From an uncultured Mollicutes bacterium (lineage in GTDB: Bacteria > Bacillota_I > Bacilli_A > RF39 > UBA660): a stretch of 57,467 bases of DNA. Positions 1 through 9,035 of the stretch are shown here, piece after piece. The position numbers and the translations under genes are program-made. Below the pieces are notes generated by a model. It ran no database searches and was not told the origin of the DNA. It saw only the letters and a program-made list of their open reading frames with translations. Every line of letters begins with the position of its first letter. Position 1 is the first letter of the stretch. Location of the stretch: positions 1-57,467 of the forward strand of contig URRF01000004.1 of the NCBI GenBank assembly GCA_900550145.1, written 5' to 3'.

Positions 1-1435
1 GCCATGTAAGACGATTTTCAGTTCCTAGAAATGCTCTGCCAGCCGGCTTATATGTTTCAAGGAATTTCACTCTTTCACTGTTACCATTTACCCCATGAAT
101 ATCCATATCCGAAGCATTGGCATCTCCAGATGTTACAAGACGAGTAGGATCCTCTTCATGACAAACTCTGACCAAGTCTTTAGCCACATCACCTTTGGTT
201 TCATTACCCACGCTATAAAGAAACACAGAAGGATGATTCCTATCTCTGCGTATAAAATTCCTCAAATCATTTTCCCAATGTTCGGCAAATGAATGCGCTC
301 CATAATCATGCAGAGCTTTCTGTCTCCATCCGTCAAACATCTCGTCAAACACCAAGATACCCATTTCATCACAGATATCATAGAATTCCGGTATCTGAGG
401 GTTATGTGCAGTCCGAACTGAATTACATCCCATGTTCTTTATCAGTGTGAGTTTCCATCTCAACAATTGCTCAGTTGACATTGCTCCTACCGGACCTCCT
501 TCAAGATGTTCGCACACACCTCTAAGTTTTGTCTGCTTACCGTTAAGATAAAATCCTGATTCTGCTTTCCATTCCAGGGTCCTGAAGCCAAATCGGATAT
601 TTTCTTCATCCATCAGTTTGCCGTCCTTATTCTCAAGCTTTATATTAAGAGTATAAAGATTGGGATTCTCCGTATCCCACAAACACGGGTTATTAACCTT
701 TGTCTGAAGATTGAAGTTATTCTCGCCCTTATCAAGTTTAATGTCCGACACAGATTTACCGACATTTACAGTCTCGCCTTTAGCATCCAACACAGAGACC
801 TTTATCATGTAGTTACCTGCATATTTATCAAGATTTACACAACCATCTATCAATACCTTACCATCAGCATCCGGAGTTCTGACAAATATCGATGTTGGCT
901 TGAAATATGAAGTATTTTCAGTACGCAAATACACATTACCATATATACCGCATCCGTGATACCATCGTGCACTAGGTTCCTTCGAGTTGTCCACTCTTAC
1001 AGCAATAACATTTTGTCCGTCTTTCAGGCTAGATGTAATATCATACGAAAACGACATATATCCGTATGGGAACTTACCCATATACTCACCGTTCACCCAC
1101 ACCTCGCTGTTCATATACACACCATCAAAGTCGATAAACATCGACTTGTCATTAATGCTGTCTATATCTACATCAAAGTATTGTCTGTACGATCCAATAC
1201 CCCCCGAAGCATATCCTCCTCTTGCTGTCTGCGCTCCGTCAATGGAATAACCGTTCTCGAAAGCCCAGTCATGCGGTAGGTTCAAAACTCTCCACTTTGA
1301 ATCGTCATACTGTGGGTTTATTGCTTCTCTGACATCACTGGGAAAGAATTTCCAGTTTATTGAGATTTTATTTTTTATACTATAAACCGGAAACGAAAAA
1401 ATAATAGTAATTAAAAATGTAAATATATATTTCAT
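1..1435 (-). CDS. Glycoside hydrolase family 2 (beta-galactosidase/beta-glucuronidase-like), N-terminal ~478 codons; continues past the left edge
   Basis: Own minus-strand translation (not in ORF track, no stop in window). ATG at 1435-1433, MKYIFTFLITIIFSFPVYS signal-like start, WRVLNLPHDWAF, NHPSVFLYSVGNE. Both ends (1435 down to ~1261 and 118 down to 2) were translated base by base and are open; the middle was read less rigorously. The + ORFs 95-292, 956-1279 and 987-1250 are shadows. Confidence 0.8.
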   Translation of the reverse strand, partial: MKYIFTFLITIIFSFPVYSIKNKISINWKFFPSDVREAINPQYDDSKWRVLNLPHDWAFENGYSIDGAQTARGGYASGGIGSYRQYFDVDIDSINDKSMFIDFDGVYMNSEVWVNGEYMGKFPYGYMSFSYDITSSLKDGQNVIAVRVDNSKEPSARWYHGCGIYGNVYLRTENTSYFKPTSIFVRTPDADGKVLIDGCVNLDKYAGNYMIKVSVLDAKGETVNVGKSVSDIKLDKGENNFNLQTKVNNPCLWDTENPNLYTLNIKLENKDGKLMDEENIRFGFRTLEWKAESGFYLNGKQTKLRGVCEHLEGGPVGAMSTEQLLRWKLTLIKNMGCNSVRTAHNPQIPEFYDICDEMGILVFDEMFDGWRQKALHDYGAHSFAEHWENDLRNFIRRDRNHPSVFLYSVGNETKGDVAKDLVRVCHEEDPTRLVTSGDANASDMDIHGVNGNSERVKFLETYKPAGRAFLGTENRLTW

Positions 1436-1444
1436 GGCTATAAG

Positions 1445-1487
1445 TAAAAAACTCCGAAAGCATAAAAGCCATTATGCTTTCGGAGTT
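1445..1487 (-). terminator. Rho-independent terminator just upstream of the GH2 start; the gene it should terminate is missing
   Basis: Perfect 16-bp arms AACTCCGAAAGCATAA (1450-1465) and TTATGCTTTCGGAGTT (1472-1487), 6-nt loop. The A-run at 1445-1450 is a T-run after the hairpin on the minus strand. Confidence 0.6.
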
Positions 1488-1496
1488 GGTTTATAA

Positions 1497-1871
1497 TCAA
1501 ATAATCATTATTGTGAAGTTGATAATTTTCATAAAGGTGGTATGGGAATAGAAATAAATACAAGAACTGGTAAATTAAGAGGTAATGGTATTGATAAAGA
1601 TTTAAATGAATACAAAAAACATCCAGTAACTAATATTTATTTTGATAAATTTCAATTACCTTTTTGGGATGAAACAAAAAAACTTGTACTTAATGCTGCT
1701 TTGGTAAATGAAAATATTAAAGTAGTTGGATGGGATGTTGCAATAACAAAAACAGGACCAATTTTAGTGGAAGGAAATAGACGCCCTGGATTTGATATAG
1801 TTCAAGTGGTAAGTAAAAGAGGAAGAAAAGATATAATGTATCATGTAGAAAACAAACTTAATGAAAGGTAG
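1497..1871 (+). pseudogene. 5-prime-truncated fragment (C-terminal ~120 codons) of an ATP-grasp enzyme of the sugar-transfer-associated (TupA-like) type
   Basis: Frame is open from 1497, upstream of the listed ATG at 1542. Homology-like sequence EVDNFHKGGMGIEINTRTGK...VGWDVAITKTGPILVEGNRRPGFD starts abruptly with no N-terminal half, RBS or promoter. Confidence 0.5.
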
Positions 1872-1877
1872 TGCTTT

Positions 1878-3050
1878 ATGAAAAAAATAAAAATGTTAGT
1901 AATACCAAGTTGGTATCCAAATGAAAAAGATCCATTATGGGGAAATTACTTTATAAAACAAGCAGAAGCATTAAATGATTATATAGATGTTTCTATGCTA
2001 TATATTAATAGAATCGGCTTAAAGGAACTAAATAAATATTATAATGAAAAGAAAACAGATGGATTTAATAAAACTCTATATAACTTTAATTTTTACAAAA
2101 AAACAATTATAAATTATAAATCAGTTAGTTTAGATTATGCATTTAAAAAATATAAAAAAGCTGCATATGATGCATATAAAAAATATATTCAAATAGTAGG
2201 AAAACCAGATATTATATTAGTTCAAAGTATACTTCCAGGAGGAATTGCGGCTAAATATATAAAAGAAAAAGAAGGAATTCCATACATAGTACATGCTCAT
2301 TCAGAAGCAATACTTACAAATCCTATTTATCAAAAATATGTTAACGAAATAGTAAAATATGCAGATGATTATATGGCAGTAAATAATAATATAAAAGAGA
2401 AAATAGAAGCTATTAGAAAAAAAGAATGTCATATTATTCCTAATTTTATAGATTGCAAAAAATTTGATTTAAGTAAAGAAAAGAAAACAGATGATTTTAA
2501 ATTAGTAAGTATATGTAATTTCTATAAAGTAAAAAGTTTAGATGTATTACTTAAGGCACTTAATATTGTAGTAAATGAAAAAAATAAAAAGAATGTAAAA
2601 TTAAAAATAGTAGGAACTGGTGAATATAAAGATTTCTATGAAAGTATTTGTCATAGTTTAAAACTAAATGATAATGTAGAATTTATGGGTTATGTAAATA
2701 ACGATGAAATTCCTAATATTCTTTGTAATAGCGATGTATTATGTGTATCAAGTTCATTTGAAACATTTTGCATACCTATAGTTGAAGCATTTGCATCAGG
2801 TATACCTGTTATTACAACTAATTGTACAGGACCTCTTGAAATAGTAGATAAATCTAATAGTGTAGTAGTACCAATAAATGATATAAATCTATTTGCAGAC
2901 GCAATAATAGATGTAATGAACAATTACAAAAAATATAATAGCAAAGAAATAAAAAAATATGCATATGAAAAATATGACAAAAGTACTATAAGTAAAAAAA
3001 TAATTAAAATATGCGAAGATGTAATAAATAAGAAAAAAAGTATCAAGTGA
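1878..3050 (+). CDS. Glycosyltransferase family 4 (GT-B, Glycos_transf_1 type)
   Basis: 390 aa. C-terminal signature SSSFETFCIPIVEAFASGIPVITT (EX7E-type motif). RBS-like GAAAGGTAG precedes the ATG. Confidence 0.75.
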   Translation: MKKIKMLVIPSWYPNEKDPLWGNYFIKQAEALNDYIDVSMLYINRIGLKELNKYYNEKKTDGFNKTLYNFNFYKKTIINYKSVSLDYAFKKYKKAAYDAYKKYIQIVGKPDIILVQSILPGGIAAKYIKEKEGIPYIVHAHSEAILTNPIYQKYVNEIVKYADDYMAVNNNIKEKIEAIRKKECHIIPNFIDCKKFDLSKEKKTDDFKLVSICNFYKVKSLDVLLKALNIVVNEKNKKNVKLKIVGTGEYKDFYESICHSLKLNDNVEFMGYVNNDEIPNILCNSDVLCVSSSFETFCIPIVEAFASGIPVITTNCTGPLEIVDKSNSVVVPINDINLFADAIIDVMNNYKKYNSKEIKKYAYEKYDKSTISKKIIKICEDVINKKKSIK

Positions 3051-3057
3051 TACTTTT
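3036..3057. terminator. Bidirectional hairpin shared by convergent genes
   Basis: AAAAGTATC-aagt-GATACTTTT, overlapping the stop codons of the + gene (3048-3050) and the - gene (3056-3058). Confidence 0.5.
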
Positions 3058-3313
3058 ACATCATATGCATTGCATTTGGATACGCATTCTGATTATACAT
3101 ATCAGGCAAGCTTGTATTATAAGAAGTTTCAGTATTATAAATACCATTATTACTTTCTAATCTAGATACTCTTGTATCTAATCTTTTTACAATTCTTTCT
3201 AAAGAATTTATTCTATTTTCAAGCTCATTTACACCAGGCATAATAGGATACATACCTTGCATATTTACATTTGGATAGGGCATAAACATAGGATTATTTC
3301 TATCTGATTTCAT
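3056..3313 (-). CDS. Small hypothetical protein (85 aa), Met/Pro/Asn-rich ends with central coiled-coil-like segment
   Basis: AGGTGA RBS 4 nt before the ATG on the minus strand. NELENRINSLERIVKRLDTRVSRLE heptad-like stretch. No family recognised. Confidence 0.5.
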   Translation of the reverse strand: MKSDRNNPMFMPYPNVNMQGMYPIMPGVNELENRINSLERIVKRLDTRVSRLESNNGIYNTETSYNTSLPDMYNQNAYPNAMHMM

Positions 3314-3392
3314 ACATTCACCTAAAACCTTTCATTTAATTATATGCAAATTCAAAAAATTTGTTATAATTATACTTAGTTAGAGGTGAAAA

Positions 3393-4022
3393 ATGAGATT
3401 AAGAAACATAAAAAACAAAGAAGAAATACTTAATAATAGCAAATATATTATATTAAATCCAAAAGAATATAAAGGAAAATGGAATAATGTATTTAAAAAT
3501 AATAATCCAATTTATATAGAAATAGGGATGGGTAAAGGCAAATTCATATTAGAAAATGCATTAAAATATCCAAACATAAATTTTATTGGAATAGAAAAAT
3601 ATGATAGTGTTATAGCAAGGGCTATAAAGAAAATAGATGAACACGAAATAAATAATTTAAAACTAATTAGAATAGATGCAAATGAATTAAATGATGTATT
3701 TGATAAAGAAATAGATTTAATATATTTAACATTCTCTGATCCATGGCCAAAAGATAGACATGCAAAAAGACGTTTAAGTCATAGCGATTTCTTAAAAATA
3801 TATGATGATATATTTAAAAATTATAAAAAAATAGAAATGAAAACAGATAATAGAAAACTGTTTGAATATTCAGTTGTATCTTTTAGTAAATATGGATATG
3901 TAATAGAACAAATAAGTACAGATTTACATAAAGACGAAGAGAATATAATAACAACAGAATACGAAGATAAATTTGTAAAATTAGGGCTTCCAATATACAA
4001 AGTTATATGCTTAAAAAAATAG
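3393..4022 (+). CDS. trmB: tRNA (guanine46-N7)-methyltransferase
   Basis: 209 aa. EIGMGKGKF SAM-binding loop and FSDPWPKDRHAKRRL TrmB signature. AGGTGA RBS. TGTTATAAT extended -10 at 3362-3370. Confidence 0.9.
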   Translation: MRLRNIKNKEEILNNSKYIILNPKEYKGKWNNVFKNNNPIYIEIGMGKGKFILENALKYPNINFIGIEKYDSVIARAIKKIDEHEINNLKLIRIDANELNDVFDKEIDLIYLTFSDPWPKDRHAKRRLSHSDFLKIYDDIFKNYKKIEMKTDNRKLFEYSVVSFSKYGYVIEQISTDLHKDEENIITTEYEDKFVKLGLPIYKVICLKK

Positions 4023-4060
4023 AACATATTTAATAATAACTATTTATTAAATATTTTTTT

Positions 4061-4071
4061 TGTGTTAAAAT
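4061..4071 (+). promoter_or_regulatory. Extended -10 promoter (TGTGtTAAAAT) for the T4SS operon
   Basis: TRTG -16 element plus TAAAAT, ~50 nt upstream of the first T4SS gene. The -35 (TTTATT) is weak. Confidence 0.45.
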
Positions 4072-4123
4072 ATATCTATGATTATGGACACTTTTATATG
4101 TTCTGAAGGAAGTGATTATATAT

Positions 4124-6364
4124 ATGCTATTAGATGATTTTAACTTGGCTGCACTTATTGGTTTAGGAGCAACATCAGTTGGTGTTATCGCAGATATGAT
4201 GAGGTTAATATTTTTCTTTTTAGATTCAATTGTGTATAGTTTAATACCAGTAGTTTATAGAGGAATATTTGCTTTATATGATATAGATAAAATAATAGGC
4301 GTGGGGAATACTCAGAATCTATTAAATACAGCAAAAGAAACTGTTTATTCGTTTCTTGCTATTTTTATGTTCTTTAGAGTTGCTTTTTCACTAATTACTA
4401 TGTTAGTAGACCCATCTTTAATAGATGATAAAAGTAAAGGAGCAAAAAAAATAGTACTAAATATTTTTATATGTTTAGGGCTTATTGTTGTAGTACCAGT
4501 TTTCTTTAGAGTAGCAAAAAATATTCAAACAAGGGTACTGGAAGAAAAAATTATAGAAAGAGCTGTTGGCGGAGATATTTATTCAAATGATCAAAATTAT
4601 AATCTAGGGAATGAACTAGCACTTTCTACATGGAGCGTATTTTTACAGCCAGTAGTAGATGAAGGAGATGCCTATGATGCATGGAAAGGTGTTTTCGAAA
4701 GTGGAAATCCAACAATATGGCCTCTACCAGTCCTAGCAACTCACTTAAATGATACAACAGGAGGTATTTTAGGAGGATTGGCTACTAAAATAGCAGGAGT
4801 AGCAGCAATCTTAAGAGCAACTGGTACAGTCACATATCAACTAGGATATATATGGTTAATATCTGGTTTAGTTGGAATTTATGTAGTTTGGACAATGATC
4901 AAATTGCTTATTGATGTTGCATATCGTTCAATTAAATTCTTACTATTAGAAGTTATTTCACCAATTGCAATAATTTCTTACATAGATCCAAAATCATCAG
5001 AAAAAGGATTATTTAGCAAATGGTTATCAGAAACACTAAAAACATATTTATCATTGTTTATAAGAATATTCATATTTGCAATGGTTTCAGTAATACTAAA
5101 ACAAATTTCAGTTAGTTCGTTCTTTGACGAAGGAAACATACTTACTAGATTATTTTTCATACTTGCACTTGTTGCATTTATGAAAACAGCACCTAAGTTT
5201 ATAGATAACTTATTTGGAACAGAAATATCTAAGGGTAGTGATACTAAGTTTGCATCTGATTTGCTAAGAGGTGGGTTAGGAGCAATTGGTGGAGCAGCGA
5301 CTGGAGCAATTGGTGGTGCTGTTGTTGCAGGAAGAAAAAACCTGCCTATGGGACGAAGTGTATGGGAAGGTGCTAAAAAAGGCTTAACTGGTGGATTTTC
5401 TTCGGCAAGAAAAGGAAGTTTCATGGATTATGGAAAAAATCTAATATCAGGAGCTTCAGGACAAGCTGCTAGAGAATATTTTGAATTAGCTAAAGAAGCG
5501 GATGAAAGAAAAGCTTTAAGAACAAAAGAACGTGCTGAAGCAGCATCTGACACATACGATGCACTTAAGAGCAGTTTTGGTTACAAGGATGCTCCTGATG
5601 CTATGACTAAGGCCACAAAACTTGCAGATGCATTTAGGACGAAAGGTATAAGATTTGATCCTGTAGCGAATGCAAAAGATAAAGAACTTAATAAAGCGTT
5701 ATTGGATGCTGATGAAGCTGATTTAAAAGACGCTTCATTAATGACTGAAAGAGGCAAAGTTCTTGACACGGCACTTGCATATAGAAAATTAGTAGACGAT
5801 GGAACAATATCACAAGATATGGCTGATAAGTTAACAATGCAAGCAATTAGAAAGTATAACAAACTTGCCGCTTCTAAACATTATGCAAGAGCTAAAGGCG
5901 ATTTGAACGACGCTTCAGCAAGAGCAATCCAATTAGAAGTTAGTTATGATGGAAAATCTTCAACAGAACTTCAATCAATTGTTACATCTAAACAGCTTTC
6001 GAATTATCAAGAAATTTTAGGAATGTCGGTTTCTGGAATTTCAGGAATAGAAAATATGAGTGTTGCTGATATAGAAAGAACATTAAGAATAACAATTTCA
6101 GATGATAAGAGAGAAAAGATAAACAATATAAGAAATAAATCTAATACTTTACGTACAACAGTTGACAAAAAAGAAATTTCTGAATTTGTTGCTGATATAG
6201 ATAAGTTTACTGAAAAAGCGGTTGCTGCAGATGGTGTTTCTGGAAAATCAGAAGCATTACTAGGAAAAGCAAATGCTGCTGTAGATGAAGAAATGAAAAT
6301 CTCTAGTAAGAGTTCTGAATTTATTAAAAGAGTTCAACTTGGAGATAAGTATAGGGGTAGATAG
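4124..6364 (+). CDS. Polytopic membrane protein in the VirB6/TrbL/PrgH position of a T4SS, with ~330-aa hydrophilic Ala/Lys/Asp-rich C-terminal region
   Basis: Many hydrophobic helices in the first ~400 aa, a Gly/Ala tract GGLGAIGGAATGAIGGAVVAG, then a long helical tail. First gene of the T4SS cluster. Start moved to ATG 4124 (GAAGGAAGTGA RBS, 8-nt spacer); GTG 4112 is the alternative. Confidence 0.5.
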   Translation: MLLDDFNLAALIGLGATSVGVIADMMRLIFFFLDSIVYSLIPVVYRGIFALYDIDKIIGVGNTQNLLNTAKETVYSFLAIFMFFRVAFSLITMLVDPSLIDDKSKGAKKIVLNIFICLGLIVVVPVFFRVAKNIQTRVLEEKIIERAVGGDIYSNDQNYNLGNELALSTWSVFLQPVVDEGDAYDAWKGVFESGNPTIWPLPVLATHLNDTTGGILGGLATKIAGVAAILRATGTVTYQLGYIWLISGLVGIYVVWTMIKLLIDVAYRSIKFLLLEVISPIAIISYIDPKSSEKGLFSKWLSETLKTYLSLFIRIFIFAMVSVILKQISVSSFFDEGNILTRLFFILALVAFMKTAPKFIDNLFGTEISKGSDTKFASDLLRGGLGAIGGAATGAIGGAVVAGRKNLPMGRSVWEGAKKGLTGGFSSARKGSFMDYGKNLISGASGQAAREYFELAKEADERKALRTKERAEAASDTYDALKSSFGYKDAPDAMTKATKLADAFRTKGIRFDPVANAKDKELNKALLDADEADLKDASLMTERGKVLDTALAYRKLVDDGTISQDMADKLTMQAIRKYNKLAASKHYARAKGDLNDASARAIQLEVSYDGKSSTELQSIVTSKQLSNYQEILGMSVSGISGIENMSVADIERTLRITISDDKREKINNIRNKSNTLRTTVDKKEISEFVADIDKFTEKAVAADGVSGKSEALLGKANAAVDEEMKISSKSSEFIKRVQLGDKYRGR

Positions 6365-6375
6365 GAGGTTAGCTT

Positions 6376-6702
6376 ATGATAAATGGTGGTTATTTGATAC
6401 CAGCAAATACAAAAAAAGGTCAGTTGATATTTGGTATATTCACAACAGTAGATTTAATGCTATTTGGAACAGGAGTTGGAATATCAATAATACTATTATT
6501 GGCAATTGGTGCTAGTGAAACAATAAATGCTATAGTTTGTTTAATACCAGCTTTAGTATGTGGTTTCCTAGTACTACCTATACCAAATTATAGAAATGTT
6601 AGAAATTTTATAGTTTCGGCTTATCAATTTCTAACTAATCAAAGAATATATAAGTGGAGAGGATGGTGTTTGTATGAGCAAGCAAGGGAAAGGAAGCAAT
6701 AG
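6376..6702 (+). CDS. Small two-TM protein in the PrgI/VirB3 position
   Basis: 108 aa with two hydrophobic helices, directly upstream of and overlapping the VirB4 homologue, as PrgI-family genes do in Gram-positive T4SS loci. GGAGG RBS. Confidence 0.5.
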   Translation: MINGGYLIPANTKKGQLIFGIFTTVDLMLFGTGVGISIILLLAIGASETINAIVCLIPALVCGFLVLPIPNYRNVRNFIVSAYQFLTNQRIYKWRGWCLYEQARERKQ

Positions 6703-7228
6703 ACCTGCAGAAGCTTGGATGCCAGTTAGAAACATTTCTAACGGGACAGTAATATTAGACAACAATGAAAAAGTAACAGGTGTAAAAGTAACTCCGAGAA
6801 ACATATTTATACTTGATGAAGATGCACAACAAAATGTTATTAGGGGTTTAAGCAACTTTTACAATACTATTGATTTTGAGTTTTGGTTAATAGTTTCTGA
6901 TAGAGTGGTTGATATTTCTTTATATCAATCTCAGTTACAACTTTTATATAATAATGTTTCTAAACCAAAATTAAGAAAACTTATTATGCAAGATATAAAT
7001 AAAGGTAATTCGTTTATGAATAATAATGTTGTTGATACCGAGTATTATATTTTGTTTAGAGAAAAGAATCCAGATTTAATACAAAAGAAAATAAGGGCTA
7101 TAATAAATGGACTTGCTCTATGTGGTTTGGATTCAATGCAAACTACTAATGAAGATTTAAGAACATTGATAGATAACTTTATCAATGGAGGAGTTAGAAC
7201 TCAGTTTGGGACGGTGATGCCTGTATGA
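6674..7228 (+). CDS. VirB4/TrsE-family ATPase, N-terminal domain as a separate 184-codon ORF
   Basis: NGTVILDNNEKVTGVKVTPRNIFILDEDAQQNVIRGLSNFYNTIDFEFWLIVS matches the N-terminal pattern of Gram-positive VirB4 proteins. Ends in ATGA overlap with the next ORF. Confidence 0.6.
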   Translation: MSKQGKGSNRPAEAWMPVRNISNGTVILDNNEKVTGVKVTPRNIFILDEDAQQNVIRGLSNFYNTIDFEFWLIVSDRVVDISLYQSQLQLLYNNVSKPKLRKLIMQDINKGNSFMNNNVVDTEYYILFREKNPDLIQKKIRAIINGLALCGLDSMQTTNEDLRTLIDNFINGGVRTQFGTVMPV

Positions 7229-9021
7229 ATTTAAAAACAGAATTAGCACCTAAGGGATTAGAATTTAGGTCAAGTGACTTTGTAATGAGTGATAAATATT
7301 GTACTATACTTACTGTTATATCTTATCCAAGATTAATTGGTGAAGGGTATTTATCTTCACTTACAAGTATGCCTGGTATAAAAATAGTAATAAGACATAT
7401 TCCAGTACCTTTTTCTAGTTTACAAAAGATGATTAATAAGCAGGTTGCAGACTTAAGGCAAAGATATACAGAGGAAAATGATAAAACTACAAAAGAAAGA
7501 TATAGACAAGATGTTGAATCATTAGAGTTCTTTATTTCACAACTCGCATCATCTCAATCAAAGATATTTGATTTTCAAATGCATATTTTGATATCTGCTG
7601 ATAATGAAGAAGATTTAAATATGAAAAAGTTAACTGTGAAAAATTATCTTGAAGCGATGGATATGAGAGCAATACCTTTAAGATTTGAACAAGAAAAAGT
7701 TTTAAAATCAATGTTACCAATATTCCCAAAAACAAGAGAGGTTGCAGATTTAGAAAGTAGAATAGGAACACCTATTCCAGCCCCTACAATTGCAGCTATG
7801 TACCCATTCATATTTGATAGTATAAAAGATGAGGGCTTGTCTACACTTCTTGGAGTAGATTTCTCAGGTGGTGTAATATTATTTAATCAATTTTTATTCC
7901 AATTAAGAAAAGAAAATAATAGAAATAATGCAAATTTAATTATATTAGGTACATCAGGTAGTGGTAAAAGTACAAGTGCAAAACTTATTTTAAGAGGACA
8001 TATTAGAAATGATTATCAAATTGTAGCAATAGATCCAGAGGGTGAACTTGAAGAAATGGCTTCACTTTATGATGGGAACTTTATTGATTTAGGTAAAGGT
8101 GGAGAATTTGGAATGATAAATCCACTTGAAATAGTAATAGATGCTGATGAAGAAGAAATAAGACAGGGATTGGGTTATACAGTTTTAACTAAGTCACTAC
8201 AATTTCTAAAAGCATTTATGAAATATTATGATCCATCAATTGGAGAAGATTTACTTACATTATTTAGTGAAGTAGTACAGGATACATATAAGAGATTTGG
8301 AATAGATTTTAATACAGATTTTAGTAAATTAACATCTAATGATTATCCTACATTTAGTGATGTATATGCAACTATAAGAGGTAGATTATCTCAATATATG
8401 TCAAAAACTAATGAACAAGATATAATGGAAAGATTAGAGATAAAAATAAGACCATTAACTAAAGAATTAAAATATTACTTTGATGGTCATACAACTATAA
8501 CAGGTAATAAACATTTTATAGTATTTAATATAAAAGAACTTATGAATTCAGAAGTAAATGTAAGAAATGCATTATTCTTTAATATATTGAAATATGCATG
8601 GAGTTTATGTTTAAATAAAAATGAAAATACAGTTTTATGCGTAGATGAAGCACACGTATTATTAGGAGCAAATAATGCACTTGGAGCAGAATTTTTAGCA
8701 CAAGTTCAAAGACGTGCTAGAAAATATAATACTGGTTCAATTATAATAACTCAACAACCAAGTGATTTCTGTGATCCGTCAGTAATTACACAAGGTAAAG
8801 CAATATTTGATAATGCCTCATATTACTTAGTAATGGGTCTTAAAAAACAAGCTGTTGAAGATTTATCATTACTTATTGATTTAAATGATAATGAAAAAGA
8901 AAGTATAAAAAGATATAGTCAAGGAGAAGCATTATTTGTTTGTGGTAACAGAAGAGTTAGAATGAATGTTACTGTTACTCCAGAAGAATTAGAATCATTT
9001 GGTAGTGCTGGAGGTTTATAA
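7225..9021 (+). CDS. VirB4/TrsE-family T4SS ATPase (middle and C-terminal P-loop domains)
   Basis: 598 aa. Walker A GTSGSGKST, Walker B-like VLCVDEAH, IITQQPSD. The N-terminus continues the VirB4 domain order (YCTILTVISYPRLIGEGYLSSL). Confidence 0.85.
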   Translation: MNLKTELAPKGLEFRSSDFVMSDKYCTILTVISYPRLIGEGYLSSLTSMPGIKIVIRHIPVPFSSLQKMINKQVADLRQRYTEENDKTTKERYRQDVESLEFFISQLASSQSKIFDFQMHILISADNEEDLNMKKLTVKNYLEAMDMRAIPLRFEQEKVLKSMLPIFPKTREVADLESRIGTPIPAPTIAAMYPFIFDSIKDEGLSTLLGVDFSGGVILFNQFLFQLRKENNRNNANLIILGTSGSGKSTSAKLILRGHIRNDYQIVAIDPEGELEEMASLYDGNFIDLGKGGEFGMINPLEIVIDADEEEIRQGLGYTVLTKSLQFLKAFMKYYDPSIGEDLLTLFSEVVQDTYKRFGIDFNTDFSKLTSNDYPTFSDVYATIRGRLSQYMSKTNEQDIMERLEIKIRPLTKELKYYFDGHTTITGNKHFIVFNIKELMNSEVNVRNALFFNILKYAWSLCLNKNENTVLCVDEAHVLLGANNALGAEFLAQVQRRARKYNTGSIIITQQPSDFCDPSVITQGKAIFDNASYYLVMGLKKQAVEDLSLLIDLNDNEKESIKRYSQGEALFVCGNRRVRMNVTVTPEELESFGSAGGL

Positions 9022-9035
9022 TAGCGAGGAATATA

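Noticed and set aside
95-1279. Three + strand ORFs (95-292, 956-1279, 987-1250) in the GC-richer left end
   Set aside because: The minus strand carries the GH2 glycosidase frame with clear family motifs. The + ORFs have no recognisable content and are shadows.
4059-4075. Shared word TTGTGTTAAAAT at the left edge of the T4SS block and upstream of mutL (14869-14881), considered as att-like direct repeats delimiting an island
   Set aside because: The same TRTG-N-TAWAAT word recurs at unrelated promoters (22767, 24252, 49185). It is a promoter motif and not an insertion footprint.
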